From Chitinophaga pinensis (GTDB lineage Bacteria; Bacteroidota; Bacteroidia; NS11-12g; UBA955), in assembly GCA_945888525.1 (NCBI GenBank), contig CAMDAF010000006.1, positions 19,489 through 83,488 of the forward strand: DNA of 64,000 nucleotides. Direction: 5' to 3'. Positions 17,332 through 27,091 of this stretch are shown in pieces. Numbering within the stretch: the first letter of the stretch is position 1; the number at the start of each line of letters is the position of its first letter. The notes below the pieces were generated by a model. That model searched no databases. It saw nothing but the letters and a program-made list of their open reading frames with translations, and had not been told where the DNA came from. Position numbers and translations under genes: made by a program.

Positions 17332-18584
17332 GGCTTTAACTCGAGCTTTTTTCGCACTTTCCCACTCTTCTCAACCAAGAACCAAATGCCGTTGGTTTTA
17401 CCCTTACCTACAAAACAATTGACAGCCTCATCGGCATTTAAATTTCGAAACATCTCTATCTTTTTTTCAGCCAAATCCAAACCGTCAAACTCCAAAAGTC
17501 GAACCCTTTCGCCTCTAGTATTGATTGCAAGAGTGGTGTATAATCCTTTAACTAAAGAGTCGGCCACATACAAAGTGGCTATGCCATTTCTAAACGTTGA
17601 AGCTTTGTTGCTGTTCGGACCACAAGCCTTCAAGCCTGTTTGCACAACAACCCTACCTGAGGTATCAATATAGTCAATTAAGCTGTCTATTGCCACGGCG
17701 CATAAGCCTTCAGAAAATTCAGGTTGAAAACCACATGGCAGCTTAAATCCGCCTGCTATCTTTACGCGAAAACTGCTGTCGGTGAATACAAACTTGCCAC
17801 AGTAGATCGTGTCTCGAATGTCCATGTTCTCTAATTGGTAAGTACCGCAATCAAAATACAACAACATACGGTTGTCTTGGTGTTTGTTCTCACTTAAAAA
17901 CCGTTTCGCATTTATAGAATCAATTGGGTATATTGAGCGGGCAAATGCTATTGGAAGATCAGGCAATTGAAACATAGGTGGAGCAACCGTTTCAGGTTTG
18001 ATAATCGCAGGTTTAGGAGGAGTTACAGCAACAATTACTGGGTCTGGCTTAAGCTTCTTTGGGACCACATGAACCATTACCTTCTCTGGAATTCTTTTTC
18101 CCTTGATGTCTATATAATATATCTCGTAATAATGTTTCAGGGTATTTCCGCCTTTGTACACTTTTGCCTTTCCATTCTTAAATGGCAAGATCTTATTTCT
18201 TTGAGGTGAACAAGCCAATAAATTGCTGCTAAATTGCAGCTTACCTAGGGTATCGATAAATGCAATTCTATTGTCGATATTAACGGCGCAAAGTCCTTCG
18301 CCAAAGCGCGGTTCAAAAGTGCAAGGCAAAGAAAAACCAGGGCGAATCTTAAGCTCAAATTTTCGGTTTACAAAAACATATTTACCACACAAGCCATTGG
18401 TATCGCCTTTTTTGTAAAATGTTTCATAAAATGGATCACAATAAAATGGCACACACATTAAGTCCTCACTAAAGTGGTACTTTTTTTCGTAGGCTACCTT
18501 CAACATGCTGTCTAGCTGCAACACAATCTGCGCTTGAGCAAAGAAAACCGGAAACAATAAAACTAAAAATACCGCCTTTCTCAT
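17328..18584 (-). CDS. Secreted WG-repeat (KWG) protein
   Basis: It has a signal peptide and repeated ...GLCAV...IAFIDT.GK... units typical of WG-containing repeats. Confidence 0.55.
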   Translation of the reverse strand: MRKAVFLVLLFPVFFAQAQIVLQLDSMLKVAYEKKYHFSEDLMCVPFYCDPFYETFYKKGDTNGLCGKYVFVNRKFELKIRPGFSLPCTFEPRFGEGLCAVNIDNRIAFIDTLGKLQFSSNLLACSPQRNKILPFKNGKAKVYKGGNTLKHYYEIYYIDIKGKRIPEKVMVHVVPKKLKPDPVIVAVTPPKPAIIKPETVAPPMFQLPDLPIAFARSIYPIDSINAKRFLSENKHQDNRMLLYFDCGTYQLENMDIRDTIYCGKFVFTDSSFRVKIAGGFKLPCGFQPEFSEGLCAVAIDSLIDYIDTSGRVVVQTGLKACGPNSNKASTFRNGIATLYVADSLVKGLYTTLAINTRGERVRLLEFDGLDLAEKKIEMFRNLNADEAVNCFVGKGKTNGIWFLVEKSGKVRKKLELKP

Positions 18585-18973
18585 GCTTTAAACTTAGACA
18601 ATAAATCTTTATCGGGCAACCAACATGCTGCCTTTTTACCAAACCAATGGTAGCGGTTTTTAGCCACCCAGTCGTAAACGAAATCTCTTACAAAACGCGG
18701 AAACACAAAGAGCAGAAAACCCAAGGAATACGGAAAAGAAAGCAAGCTTATAATTTTCAAAACAGCAGTACTTTTATGGTAAATTTTACCCTGGTAAAAG
18801 AATACTATTGAATCTACTTTCACGATGTCTGAACTCGGCACAAGCTCTTTAGCTGTTGAACCTTGCAAGGGCGCAAAGAATAAAACATTCTTCTTGTCGT
18901 GTTTAATCAACCATTGCACAACACCGCTGCATAAGTTACAAACACCATCAAAAAATACAATGTTTTGACTCAT
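18581..18973 (-). CDS. Thiol-disulfide oxidoreductase, DCC family (DUF393)
   Basis: The N-terminal motif FFDGVCNLCSGVVQWLIKHD is diagnostic of DCC/DUF393 proteins. Confidence 0.65.
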   Translation of the reverse strand: MSQNIVFFDGVCNLCSGVVQWLIKHDKKNVLFFAPLQGSTAKELVPSSDIVKVDSIVFFYQGKIYHKSTAVLKIISLLSFPYSLGFLLFVFPRFVRDFVYDWVAKNRYHWFGKKAACWLPDKDLLSKFKA

Positions 18974-19443
18974 TAAAAGATTGGATCGCCTTGTTTGATT
19001 TTTAGTCCTATGCTTTCAATGCCATTGATCAAACTGTCGCGCATATTTTGCTCAATTGAAATGGTATACTCACCAACGCTCGGAAATCTTTTATTTTTGA
19101 ACATAGGCAGCTCGTAGTCGACAGATGAGCCAGATGAACGGCCCAAAGGCTTGCCCATTGCGTCGGTCAAAGTGAAGTTAATTCTTTGAACCACAAATTT
19201 ACCATCAGGGCCCTTAACCCTGGCCAGTAAATACAAATTTTCATAGGGATACGATTTTTGCATACGCAATTTTAAAAAGAAATCGTAATAGATCCCTTTA
19301 TTGCTAATGGTAAAAGGCAACTCTGGAATTTGATCGTAACTCCATTTTGCTTCTGGTATATCTATGGTCTGGTCTACAATCTTACCCTTTTCCGAGCAAG
19401 AATAAAGCAGAACAAGGAACAAAACGAATAGGCAATTCTTCAT
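18973..19443 (-). CDS. gldH: Small lipoprotein, possibly the gliding-motility lipoprotein GldH
   Basis: The 156-aa protein has a lipoprotein signal (LLYSCSE). Its size and Bacteroidetes context fit GldH. No sequence-level confirmation is possible here. Confidence 0.3.
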   Translation of the reverse strand: MKNCLFVLFLVLLYSCSEKGKIVDQTIDIPEAKWSYDQIPELPFTISNKGIYYDFFLKLRMQKSYPYENLYLLARVKGPDGKFVVQRINFTLTDAMGKPLGRSSGSSVDYELPMFKNKRFPSVGEYTISIEQNMRDSLINGIESIGLKIKQGDPIF

Positions 19444-19603
19444 CCTGCAAATTTACACAATGCATTTAACATTTTTAAACTTCCATTGCTTCTTAATTGG
19501 ATAAATTTTAATTTATAAATTCTATGCGCTGGCAATTAAAAAAAAACAACAAACTCAAAAAAAAACTTTAAGTTTGTTAAAAATTTAAGCCGCCACAAAA
19601 CAG

Positions 19604-20512
19604 ATGTTGGACCTATTGTTTCGAAACATTGATTTTCTAATTGACTTAGTCTTGGCATTTATAACCATGAGTTTAGGTTTGAATTTAAGCAAAAAAGACT
19701 TCTCAAATATCATTTCCTTTCCAGGATCATTGGGCATTGGCTTAGTTGCCCAAATGATATTACACCCTATTTCAGCAATAATTTTGATGGCATTTGCAGA
19801 CTTCTCTCCGGCTGTAAAAGTTGGCTTCATCATCATCACCCTTTGCCCGGGTGGGGTAACATCAAACCTGGTAAGTTTTTTATTAAAAGGCAATGTAGCA
19901 CTGAGCATTTCTCTTACTGTGGTGAATGGGTTACTTTGCATGTTTACCCTTCCAATTTTAGTGAATTTATCCCTCGATTATTTCATCAACCAATCGTCGA
20001 CCATCGAACTTCCTCTTTTAAAAACCATCACCCACATCGGGATGGTGACCATCGTGCCAGCTTTAATTGGTGTGTTCATTAACAGTAAGTTTACCGACCT
20101 AGCGCATAAAATAAAACCTGTTCTAAAATACCTTTTGCCAATATTATTGATGTTGATATTCGGCGTCAAATTTTTAGCCCCTCACGACAAAGGAGGAATT
20201 CATTTGAGCAATGAAGAGCTTTGGTCGCTGGGCTTTTGGGTACTCTTGCTCAATTTTGCAGGCATGATTTTAGGGTATTTATTGGGTGCATTATTTAAAA
20301 TCAATATACAAAACAAAGTCACCATTATGGTTGAAGTTGGCCTGCAAAACACAGCCTTAGCATTGTTGATAGCTGGAAACATTCTTAAGAATGCAGACAT
20401 GCAAAAACCCGCTATGGTGTATGCAATGATCACCTTCTTTTCTACCCTTATTTTTGCTTGGTTAATTAAAACAACTTCTTTGAAATTTTTTGACAAAAGC
20501 AAATCGGCATAA
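19604..20512 (+). CDS. Bile acid:sodium symporter (BASS/SBF) family transporter
   Basis: The 302-aa protein has about 9 TM segments with BASS-like organisation. It is the longest ORF in the region. The opposite-strand ORF 19585-19941 is rejected. Confidence 0.5.
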   Translation: MLDLLFRNIDFLIDLVLAFITMSLGLNLSKKDFSNIISFPGSLGIGLVAQMILHPISAIILMAFADFSPAVKVGFIIITLCPGGVTSNLVSFLLKGNVALSISLTVVNGLLCMFTLPILVNLSLDYFINQSSTIELPLLKTITHIGMVTIVPALIGVFINSKFTDLAHKIKPVLKYLLPILLMLIFGVKFLAPHDKGGIHLSNEELWSLGFWVLLLNFAGMILGYLLGALFKINIQNKVTIMVEVGLQNTALALLIAGNILKNADMQKPAMVYAMITFFSTLIFAWLIKTTSLKFFDKSKSA

Positions 20513-21659
20513 TGCTCTGTTCCTATTTGTTGTTTTAGGTATATTTTTGGGCAGCGAAAGCAAAGCACAAAGCATCCCAAGAATTGGACAAAATTACACC
20601 TTAGAAATTGCCAATTGGAACCTAGAATGGTTTGGCAAAACTGCCTCCGGATTTGGCCCAAGTGATGATGTAAAACAGCAAGCCCTGATTTTAAAAACCA
20701 TTCAAAATGCAGATGTTGATGTATGGGGCTTATGCGAAGTTTCAGAAAAAAAAGCCTTTGATTCTATGATGCTGAAATTGCCAAATTACAAAGCCATACT
20801 TGCACCGTATTTCCCAGAGCAAAAAACAGCTATCATCTTCAACAACAATTTATTTTCCCTAATCGATTCTAAACTATTGGGCACTGAAAACAAAGACAGC
20901 TTTTCGACACTCAGATTCCCCTTAGAAATTAGACTTTTACCGAAAAATGATATAGGCATTGACACCTTGCGTCTAATCGTTTTACACCTCAAAGCCAACA
21001 CAGGAACTGATAGTTCAAAAATGCTTGCCTATAACAGCCGTAAGCGCTCTGCAGATTGGCTAAAAATGTACCTTAATAAATTGCCTCAAAACAATTACAC
21101 CATGGTCATGGGCGATTGGAATGATGACATCGATTTGTCTATATTCAACAACTTGCCATCTCCCTTTATCCGCCTGCTTGACAATGGCTTTAATTACCGA
21201 TACCTGAGTAAAAAATTAACAGACAACGGCCAGGGAACCACCACTGCATATCCTGATGCAATAGACCACCAATTGGCATCAGCAGCATTGACTTCAAAAC
21301 ACAAAACCGACTCTACTTTTGTTTGGCATCTCGAACAATATATTGGCAATTACGCAAGTGCTTGCAGCGACCATTATCCGGTGTATTCAATATTTAATAC
21401 GTATAGACAAAACATTTATTCGGACCGAAGCACAGGGCTGGTTTCCTTATATCCAAATCCCGCTTCTAAAACCTTAGAAATTGAAAACAAGACCGCAAAT
21501 TTCAATTTGAGCATTTTCAATAGCATGGGCCAAATGCTTTTAGAATCAAGAGAAATAAGCTACACAAACATTGACATTTCGGATTGGAATAAAGGCTTGT
21601 ATTTTGCTAAAATCACATTCCCTACACACAGCGAAATTTTAGAATTTATTGTTGAATAA
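20490..21659 (+). CDS. Endonuclease/exonuclease/phosphatase (EEP) family protein with T9SS C-terminal sorting domain
   Basis: It begins at a TTG directly after an in-frame stop. It has a signal peptide (ALFLFVVLGIFLGSESKAQS), an EEP core, and the CTD LYPNPASKTLEIENK...IFNSMGQML. Confidence 0.6.
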   Translation: MTKANRHNALFLFVVLGIFLGSESKAQSIPRIGQNYTLEIANWNLEWFGKTASGFGPSDDVKQQALILKTIQNADVDVWGLCEVSEKKAFDSMMLKLPNYKAILAPYFPEQKTAIIFNNNLFSLIDSKLLGTENKDSFSTLRFPLEIRLLPKNDIGIDTLRLIVLHLKANTGTDSSKMLAYNSRKRSADWLKMYLNKLPQNNYTMVMGDWNDDIDLSIFNNLPSPFIRLLDNGFNYRYLSKKLTDNGQGTTTAYPDAIDHQLASAALTSKHKTDSTFVWHLEQYIGNYASACSDHYPVYSIFNTYRQNIYSDRSTGLVSLYPNPASKTLEIENKTANFNLSIFNSMGQMLLESREISYTNIDISDWNKGLYFAKITFPTHSEILEFIVE

Positions 21660-21660
21660 A

Positions 21661-22143
21661 ATGCTTGAAAAAAAGAAAAAAAACTACACCCCAAATGAGG
21701 CCAAGTTAAAGATAGAAATTTTCTGTAATTACCAAGAACGTTGCCATAAAGAAGTGCGCGATAAATTGTACACCTTTGGATTAATAGCCCAAGACATTGA
21801 AGAAATAATGGTGTACGTGGTGCAAAAAGGCATGATCAATGAAGAGCGGTTTGCGAAAGCCTTTGCTGGCGGGAAATTTAGACAAAAAAAATGGGGCAAA
21901 AACAAGATTATAAGAGAGCTAAAAAACAAACAAATAAGCGCCTATTGCATCGAAAAAGCAATGAAGGAAATTGACCCCAACGATTATGCAAATAATATCC
22001 AACGCATTGCCGAAAAATATTTTAAAAACATTAAGACCGGAACATTGTTTGAAAAGAAATTAAAAACGGTCAAATACCTTTTGGGCAGAGGCTACGGATA
22101 TGAGGAATGTCAGTCTATTATGAAAATAGAATTCGAAAATTAA
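21661..22143 (+). CDS. recX: Regulatory protein RecX
   Basis: It has an about 160-aa helical repeat pattern with conserved RFA and WG positions (INEERFAKAF...KKWGKNKIIRELKNKQI). The track start 21649 is TTG. Confidence 0.55.
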   Translation: MLEKKKKNYTPNEAKLKIEIFCNYQERCHKEVRDKLYTFGLIAQDIEEIMVYVVQKGMINEERFAKAFAGGKFRQKKWGKNKIIRELKNKQISAYCIEKAMKEIDPNDYANNIQRIAEKYFKNIKTGTLFEKKLKTVKYLLGRGYGYEECQSIMKIEFEN

Positions 22144-22163
22144 ACCATTAAATTTGCACAAGC

Positions 22164-22661
22164 ATGAACACAACAAAATACAGCACCATAGATATTTGGG
22201 CCATTCTAGAACGCATCAGCGATCCTGAAATCCCAGTCTTGTCGGTGGTTGACTTGGGCGTGGTGCGTGAGGTGAACGAATTGGAAGAGGGTTTTGAAAT
22301 CCTAATTACACCTACTTACAGCGGATGTCCTGCCATGAGCATGATAGAAACTGAGATCAAAGCAACCCTAAGCGAAATAGGCATTCCCTCAAAAGTTAAA
22401 CTGATTTTATCGCCTGCATGGACCACCGATTGGATGAGTGAAAAAGGCAAACAAAAATTAAAAGCGTATGGCATTGCGCCGCCAGAGAAAGAAGACCTTG
22501 ATATCAATGCGCTATTTGGCAAATCTCATGCGGTTGAATGCCCCCAATGCAACAGCAAAAACACTGTATTGATTAGCCAATTCGGAAGCACTGCTTGCAA
22601 AGCATTGCATAAATGCAAGGACTGCCTCGAACCGTTTGATTATTTCAAGTGTTTACGCTAA
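22164..22661 (+). CDS. DUF59 (MIP18/SufT-like) Fe-S assembly domain protein with C-terminal zinc ribbon (PaaD-like)
   Basis: It has the DPEIPVLSVVDLGVV motif and the C-terminal CPQCNS...CKDC. No other paa genes are present. Confidence 0.5.
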   Translation: MNTTKYSTIDIWAILERISDPEIPVLSVVDLGVVREVNELEEGFEILITPTYSGCPAMSMIETEIKATLSEIGIPSKVKLILSPAWTTDWMSEKGKQKLKAYGIAPPEKEDLDINALFGKSHAVECPQCNSKNTVLISQFGSTACKALHKCKDCLEPFDYFKCLR

Positions 22662-22717
22662 GTTTGTACTTGACTCGTGAATCAAGTTATTAATTTGCAT
22701 TAATAGGAATATTGCCC

Positions 22718-22725
22718 TACCTTTG
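22718..22725 (+). promoter_or_regulatory. -7 promoter element TACCTTTG upstream of infB
   Basis: It matches TAnnTTTG 41 nt upstream of the ATG. Confidence 0.3.
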
Positions 22726-22765
22726 CATTTTTTGACAAATACTTGTCATAGAGAACAAAGACTGA

Positions 22766-25549
22766 ATGGCAGAAATAAGATTAGGAAAAGCAGCATCGGA
22801 ATTCAATGTAAGCACGCAAACGATTATAGAAAGTTTGCAAAGGAAAGGTTTTGCAATTGACAACAAACCAACGGCGAAGCTTACGGAAGAAATGTACGGC
22901 TACATTGCAGGCATTTTCTCTTCTGACAAAGAAGCAAAAGAAGAGTCTAAATCATCAGGACTTAAATTAAAAAAACGTGAAGATGTTGTCAAGGTTGAAG
23001 AATTCTTCAACAAAAAGAAAGAGGAAGAAAATCAAATTGAGGCAGAACCTGAGCCTGAGTTCTTCATAAAAAACGTTAGTTCAGAAGTAATTGCGCCCCT
23101 TGCGAAAGAAAAACCTGCACCGGTGAATAAGCCAGCTGTAGAAGTTGTAAAATCTAAGCCAATCAATGAACCTGTTGTTTTTGAAACACCTGTTGTTGAT
23201 CCTTTGCAGGAAGACAAAATTGAAAAAGCAGGTTTAACCGTCAAAGGCAAAATCGAATTGCCAAGTGCCGGTGGCAGAAAAAGAAAAGAAAACAAAGCGC
23301 CAGAAGCTGAGCCAATCATTGTATCAAAAGCGTCTGAGCCGTTGATCATCTCGAATCCAATTGAGGGAAATATTACAGACGCTCTTGCTCCAGAAATTGA
23401 TGAAAGAGAATTGGTCAAAGCCAACCTAGTTGAATTGGACGGTTTAACCATCATGGGTAAAATTGAGTTGAGGCCAGATCCAGTAATGAAGCCTAAATTC
23501 CTTACCCCGGCTGAAAAACTAAATAGAGAAAAACGCAAACGCAAGTCAGGTCCTCAAAAAGTTAACATCCAACAAGAAATCAAGGTTAACAGACCGAACT
23601 TAGGACAGAGACCTAACGAGCCTAAAAAAGAAATTACCCAAAAGGAAATTCAAGATAAACTGAAGAAGACATTAAATAAAATTGACTCTTCAGGACGTGG
23701 TAAAACAAATAAATCTAAGTTCAAAAGACAAAAGAGAGACGACCACTATCAAGCTAGAAGCGTAGAGAAAGAAAGAATGGAGCAGGAAGAGTTAATTCTG
23801 AAAGTAACAGAATTCTTAACTGCAAACGATTTAGCTAAAATGATGAATGTTCAAGTAACACAAGTCATTTCAACCTGTTTCTCTTTAGGCCTTATGGTGT
23901 CGATTAACCAACGTTTAGATGCTGAAACCATTACCCTTGTGGCTGATGAATTTGGATTTGAAGTTGAGTTTGTTGATGCCCAAGACACCATCGCAATTGA
24001 TGAGGAACAAGATGATCCAGAAAAAACCATCCCACGTCCTCCTATTGTGACCGTTATGGGTCACGTTGACCATGGTAAAACTTCCCTATTGGATTATGTG
24101 CGCAGTGCCAACGTAATTGCTGGTGAAGCAGGTGGTATCACCCAACACATTGGTGCTTATGAAGTACAATTACCAAAAGGACAAAAAATAACTTTCCTAG
24201 ATACACCTGGTCACGAAGCCTTTACCGCTATGCGTGCCCGCGGTGCTAAAGTAACCGATATAGCTGTTATTGTAATTGCAGCAGATGACAACATCATGCC
24301 TCAAACGCGTGAAGCAATCTCTCACGCTCAAGCAGCAAATGTACCAATGATTTTTGCCATCAATAAAATAGATAAAGATGGTGCCAATCCTGAGAAAATA
24401 AGAGAAGAACTATCTGCCATGAACATTCTTGTAGAAGAATGGGGTGGCAAATTCCAAAGCCAAGAGATTTCAGCCAAAAAAGGTTTGAACATCGACAAGC
24501 TTTTAGAAAAAATATTGTTAGAAGCTGAACTCCTTGAGTTGAAAGCAGACCCAGAAAGAAAAGCAAAAGGCACCATTGTTGAAGCCCGTCTTGACAAAGG
24601 ACGCGGTGTTGTAGCAAGTGTTTTGATTCAAACTGGAACCTTAAGAGTTGGCGACCACCTAGTTGCTGGTTCTCATTATGCAAAAGTGAAAGCTTTGTTT
24701 AACGAAAGAAACCAGAGGGTTGAGTTTGCAGGACCATCAACACCCGTTAGTATGCTTGGTTTCTCCGAAACCCCATCTGCAGGTGATCCACTAAATGTAT
24801 TGCCTACTGAAGACGAGGCAAAAGACCTAGCAAACAAACGCGAACAATTGATGCGCGAACAAGGCATCAGAACAACCAAACATATTACCCTCGACGAGAT
24901 TGGAAGACGTCTTGCTATAGGTAACTTCAAAGAACTTAACCTAATCATAAAAGGTGACGTAAATGGATCAGTTGAAGCATTAAGCGATTCGTTGCTAAAC
25001 CTATCCAATAAAGAGGTTATGGTTAAAGTAATTCACCGTGGTGTCGGTCAGATCACAGAAAGTGATGTATTGTTAGCCTCTGCCTCAGATGCAATCATCA
25101 TCGGTTTCCAAGTTAGACCAAGTTCTAGCGCCAAGAAAATTGCTGAAACTGAACAAATTGATATCAGACACTATTCGATTATTTACCAAGCCATTGACGA
25201 AATCAAGTCGGCTATAGAAGGCATGTTAAGTCCTGAAATCAAAGAAACCATTATTGGTAACGTTGAAGTTCGTGATGTGTTCAAAATTACCAAAGTTGGT
25301 ACAATCGCAGGTTGTATGGTTACTGAAGGTAAAGTTACCAGAAATGCTAAAATCCGCTTGATACGTGATGGCGTTGTTGTACACCAAGGTTCGTTAGACT
25401 CTTTAAAACGTTTCAAAGACGATGTAAAAGATGTAGTTAAAGGCTTTGAATGTGGTATCTCTATTAAGAACTTCCAAAACATCGAAGCTGGCGACAACAT
25501 AGAAGTCTTCGAAGAAACATCAATCGCTAGAAAATTAGATTCTCTTTAA
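22766..25549 (+). CDS. infB: Translation initiation factor IF-2
   Basis: The 927-aa protein has the G-domain motifs [17 protein letters not shown] and NKID, and an IF-2 C-terminal domain. Confidence 0.95.
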   Translation: MAEIRLGKAASEFNVSTQTIIESLQRKGFAIDNKPTAKLTEEMYGYIAGIFSSDKEAKEESKSSGLKLKKREDVVKVEEFFNKKKEEENQIEAEPEPEFFIKNVSSEVIAPLAKEKPAPVNKPAVEVVKSKPINEPVVFETPVVDPLQEDKIEKAGLTVKGKIELPSAGGRKRKENKAPEAEPIIVSKASEPLIISNPIEGNITDALAPEIDERELVKANLVELDGLTIMGKIELRPDPVMKPKFLTPAEKLNREKRKRKSGPQKVNIQQEIKVNRPNLGQRPNEPKKEITQKEIQDKLKKTLNKIDSSGRGKTNKSKFKRQKRDDHYQARSVEKERMEQEELILKVTEFLTANDLAKMMNVQVTQVISTCFSLGLMVSINQRLDAETITLVADEFGFEVEFVDAQDTIAIDEEQDDPEKTIPRPPIVTVMGHVDHGKTSLLDYVRSANVIAGEAGGITQHIGAYEVQLPKGQKITFLDTPGHEAFTAMRARGAKVTDIAVIVIAADDNIMPQTREAISHAQAANVPMIFAINKIDKDGANPEKIREELSAMNILVEEWGGKFQSQEISAKKGLNIDKLLEKILLEAELLELKADPERKAKGTIVEARLDKGRGVVASVLIQTGTLRVGDHLVAGSHYAKVKALFNERNQRVEFAGPSTPVSMLGFSETPSAGDPLNVLPTEDEAKDLANKREQLMREQGIRTTKHITLDEIGRRLAIGNFKELNLIIKGDVNGSVEALSDSLLNLSNKEVMVKVIHRGVGQITESDVLLASASDAIIIGFQVRPSSSAKKIAETEQIDIRHYSIIYQAIDEIKSAIEGMLSPEIKETIIGNVEVRDVFKITKVGTIAGCMVTEGKVTRNAKIRLIRDGVVVHQGSLDSLKRFKDDVKDVVKGFECGISIKNFQNIEAGDNIEVFEETSIARKLDSL

Positions 25550-25642
25550 TTTTACAATAAGGACATTCTAAGGGATGTCTCTCTATTTATTGCATAAGAC
25601 TGTAATGGGAGTTTAGTGATATATAAACATTCAACTTTTTTG

Positions 25643-25729
25643 GGCGCCTTTCCCGAGCCCTTTGTCTGCGCTCCGCTGCGGCTTTGTGGCCAAAGCGCCA
25701 CAAGAGCTACACGTCGGTCATCGGGGCGC
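25643..25729 (+). repeat. GC-rich ~87-bp repeat element (copy 2) 3' of infB in sense orientation
   Basis: GGCGCCTTTCCCGAGCCCTTTGTCTGCGCTCCGCTGCGGCTTTGTGGCCAAAGCGCCACAAGAGCTACACGTCGGTCATCGGGGCGC is about 90% identical to the reverse complement of 9176-9262 and carries the same hairpin. Confidence 0.6.
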
Positions 25730-25766
25730 AAAAAGAGAGTGAGAATGAAAGTGAATGCGGTTTGAA

Positions 25767-26333
25767 TTAAGCCATCAAATTTCCCTTAAAGATCTTAACC
25801 GCGATGGCAATCAGTATCACACCAAAAAATTTACGGATAACCAACAAGCCGCCTTTGCCCAATATCTTTTCAATTTGCTTGGTTGATTTTAACACCAAAT
25901 AAACGACAACTAGGTTGATGATTATTCCAACATAAATATTCACAGCTTGAAATTCAGATTTTAAAGACATAATGGTTGTTAAGGTACCGCTTCCAGCTAT
26001 AATTGGAAATGCGATAGGTACTATGCTTCCCGATTTTGGATCAGGATCTACCTTAAATAAATCTCTGCCCAAGACCATTTCCAAACCAATAATGAAGATA
26101 ACAATTGAACCGGCTAAGGCAAAGGAGTGGATATCAATACCCAATAAATTCAAGAAATTTTCACCCACAAAAAAGAACAAAGTCATCAGCAAGCCCGCGG
26201 TTAGCGTTGCCACTTCAGACTGTATATGTCCAATCTTAGTGCGCAAATCGATAACCACTGGAATAGATCCAATGATATCAATTACAGCAAAAAGCGTAAA
26301 TGAAACGGTTAAGATTTCTTGAAAATTTAGCAT
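25767..26333 (-). CDS. MarC family (UPF0056) integral membrane protein
   Basis: The N-terminus TVSFTLFAVIDIIGSIPVV and the 188-aa length are typical of the MarC family. Confidence 0.65.
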   Translation of the reverse strand: MLNFQEILTVSFTLFAVIDIIGSIPVVIDLRTKIGHIQSEVATLTAGLLMTLFFFVGENFLNLLGIDIHSFALAGSIVIFIIGLEMVLGRDLFKVDPDPKSGSIVPIAFPIIAGSGTLTTIMSLKSEFQAVNIYVGIIINLVVVYLVLKSTKQIEKILGKGGLLVIRKFFGVILIAIAVKIFKGNLMA

Positions 26334-26372
26334 GTTACAAAATTACATGCCAATTTCGGGATTAACCCTATA

Positions 26373-27032
26373 TTAATTAAGAAAGCGGTTAAACTGGACC
26401 GCAGCTTTGAAATGCTTTAGGATGTATACTAACAAGTCATCTTCTAATATTTTCTCTGCATCGACTTGATGCACGAGGTAAAATTGTTTGTTAAAAATCA
26501 ATTCTTGTTCTTTGGCTGCCTCCTTTAATTCCTTGGGCAGTATTTTAGACTTCTCGCCCCTCACCTCGCCAAACGACTGCTTAAATGCTTTGTCATTTAT
26601 GATTTTGACAAATCCGTTTGGATCAGAGGCGATTTTTTTTCGAATCTTTAGGAGCTGTTCTTTCTCAGGCATATAAAATCCAGTATAAATATTTAAAAAC
26701 TCAGGCCCTAGTTCGACGTATAAACCGGGGTCCTGCATTTGTTTTTTTCCACCCTTTACAACAAGAGCTGACATTTGCAATTTGTAGGGCGATTTATCCT
26801 TGCTAAAGCGAACGTCCTTATTGATCCTGAAAATGCAGTCACCGGCCTTTAAATCGCCCAATTCAGCATCTTTTTTCAAGGCCGCAATTAGATCGCCCAC
26901 AAAAGCCTCAAACTTTGCTTTAACCTCTGTTTGATATCTGCTGCGGTTTTGGTCAAACCAATCTTTATGGTTGTTAGAAGCCAATTCCATAAAGAAATGT
27001 AAATAAGCTTCTGTGAAATATTGTTTTTTCAT
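26373..27032 (-). CDS. TIGR02453/DUF2461 family protein
   Basis: The N-terminal motif ...HKDWFDQNRSRY and the 219-aa length match the family. Confidence 0.55.
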   Translation of the reverse strand: MKKQYFTEAYLHFFMELASNNHKDWFDQNRSRYQTEVKAKFEAFVGDLIAALKKDAELGDLKAGDCIFRINKDVRFSKDKSPYKLQMSALVVKGGKKQMQDPGLYVELGPEFLNIYTGFYMPEKEQLLKIRKKIASDPNGFVKIINDKAFKQSFGEVRGEKSKILPKELKEAAKEQELIFNKQFYLVHQVDAEKILEDDLLVYILKHFKAAVQFNRFLN

Positions 27033-27091
27033 TTGACTAACATAAAAAAAAGCGCCTTTTAAAAGGCGCTTTTTAAATTTATTTTTTTGGT

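Noticed and set aside
19585-19941. 118-aa minus-strand ORF opposite the BASS transporter
   Set aside because: It is shorter than, and fully overlapped by, the 302-aa plus-strand ORF, which has coherent transmembrane organisation.
22164-22661. Phenylacetate catabolic gene paaD
   Set aside because: The domain architecture fits PaaD, but no paaABCE genes are present. A standalone SufT/DUF59-type Fe-S assembly protein is the more cautious call.
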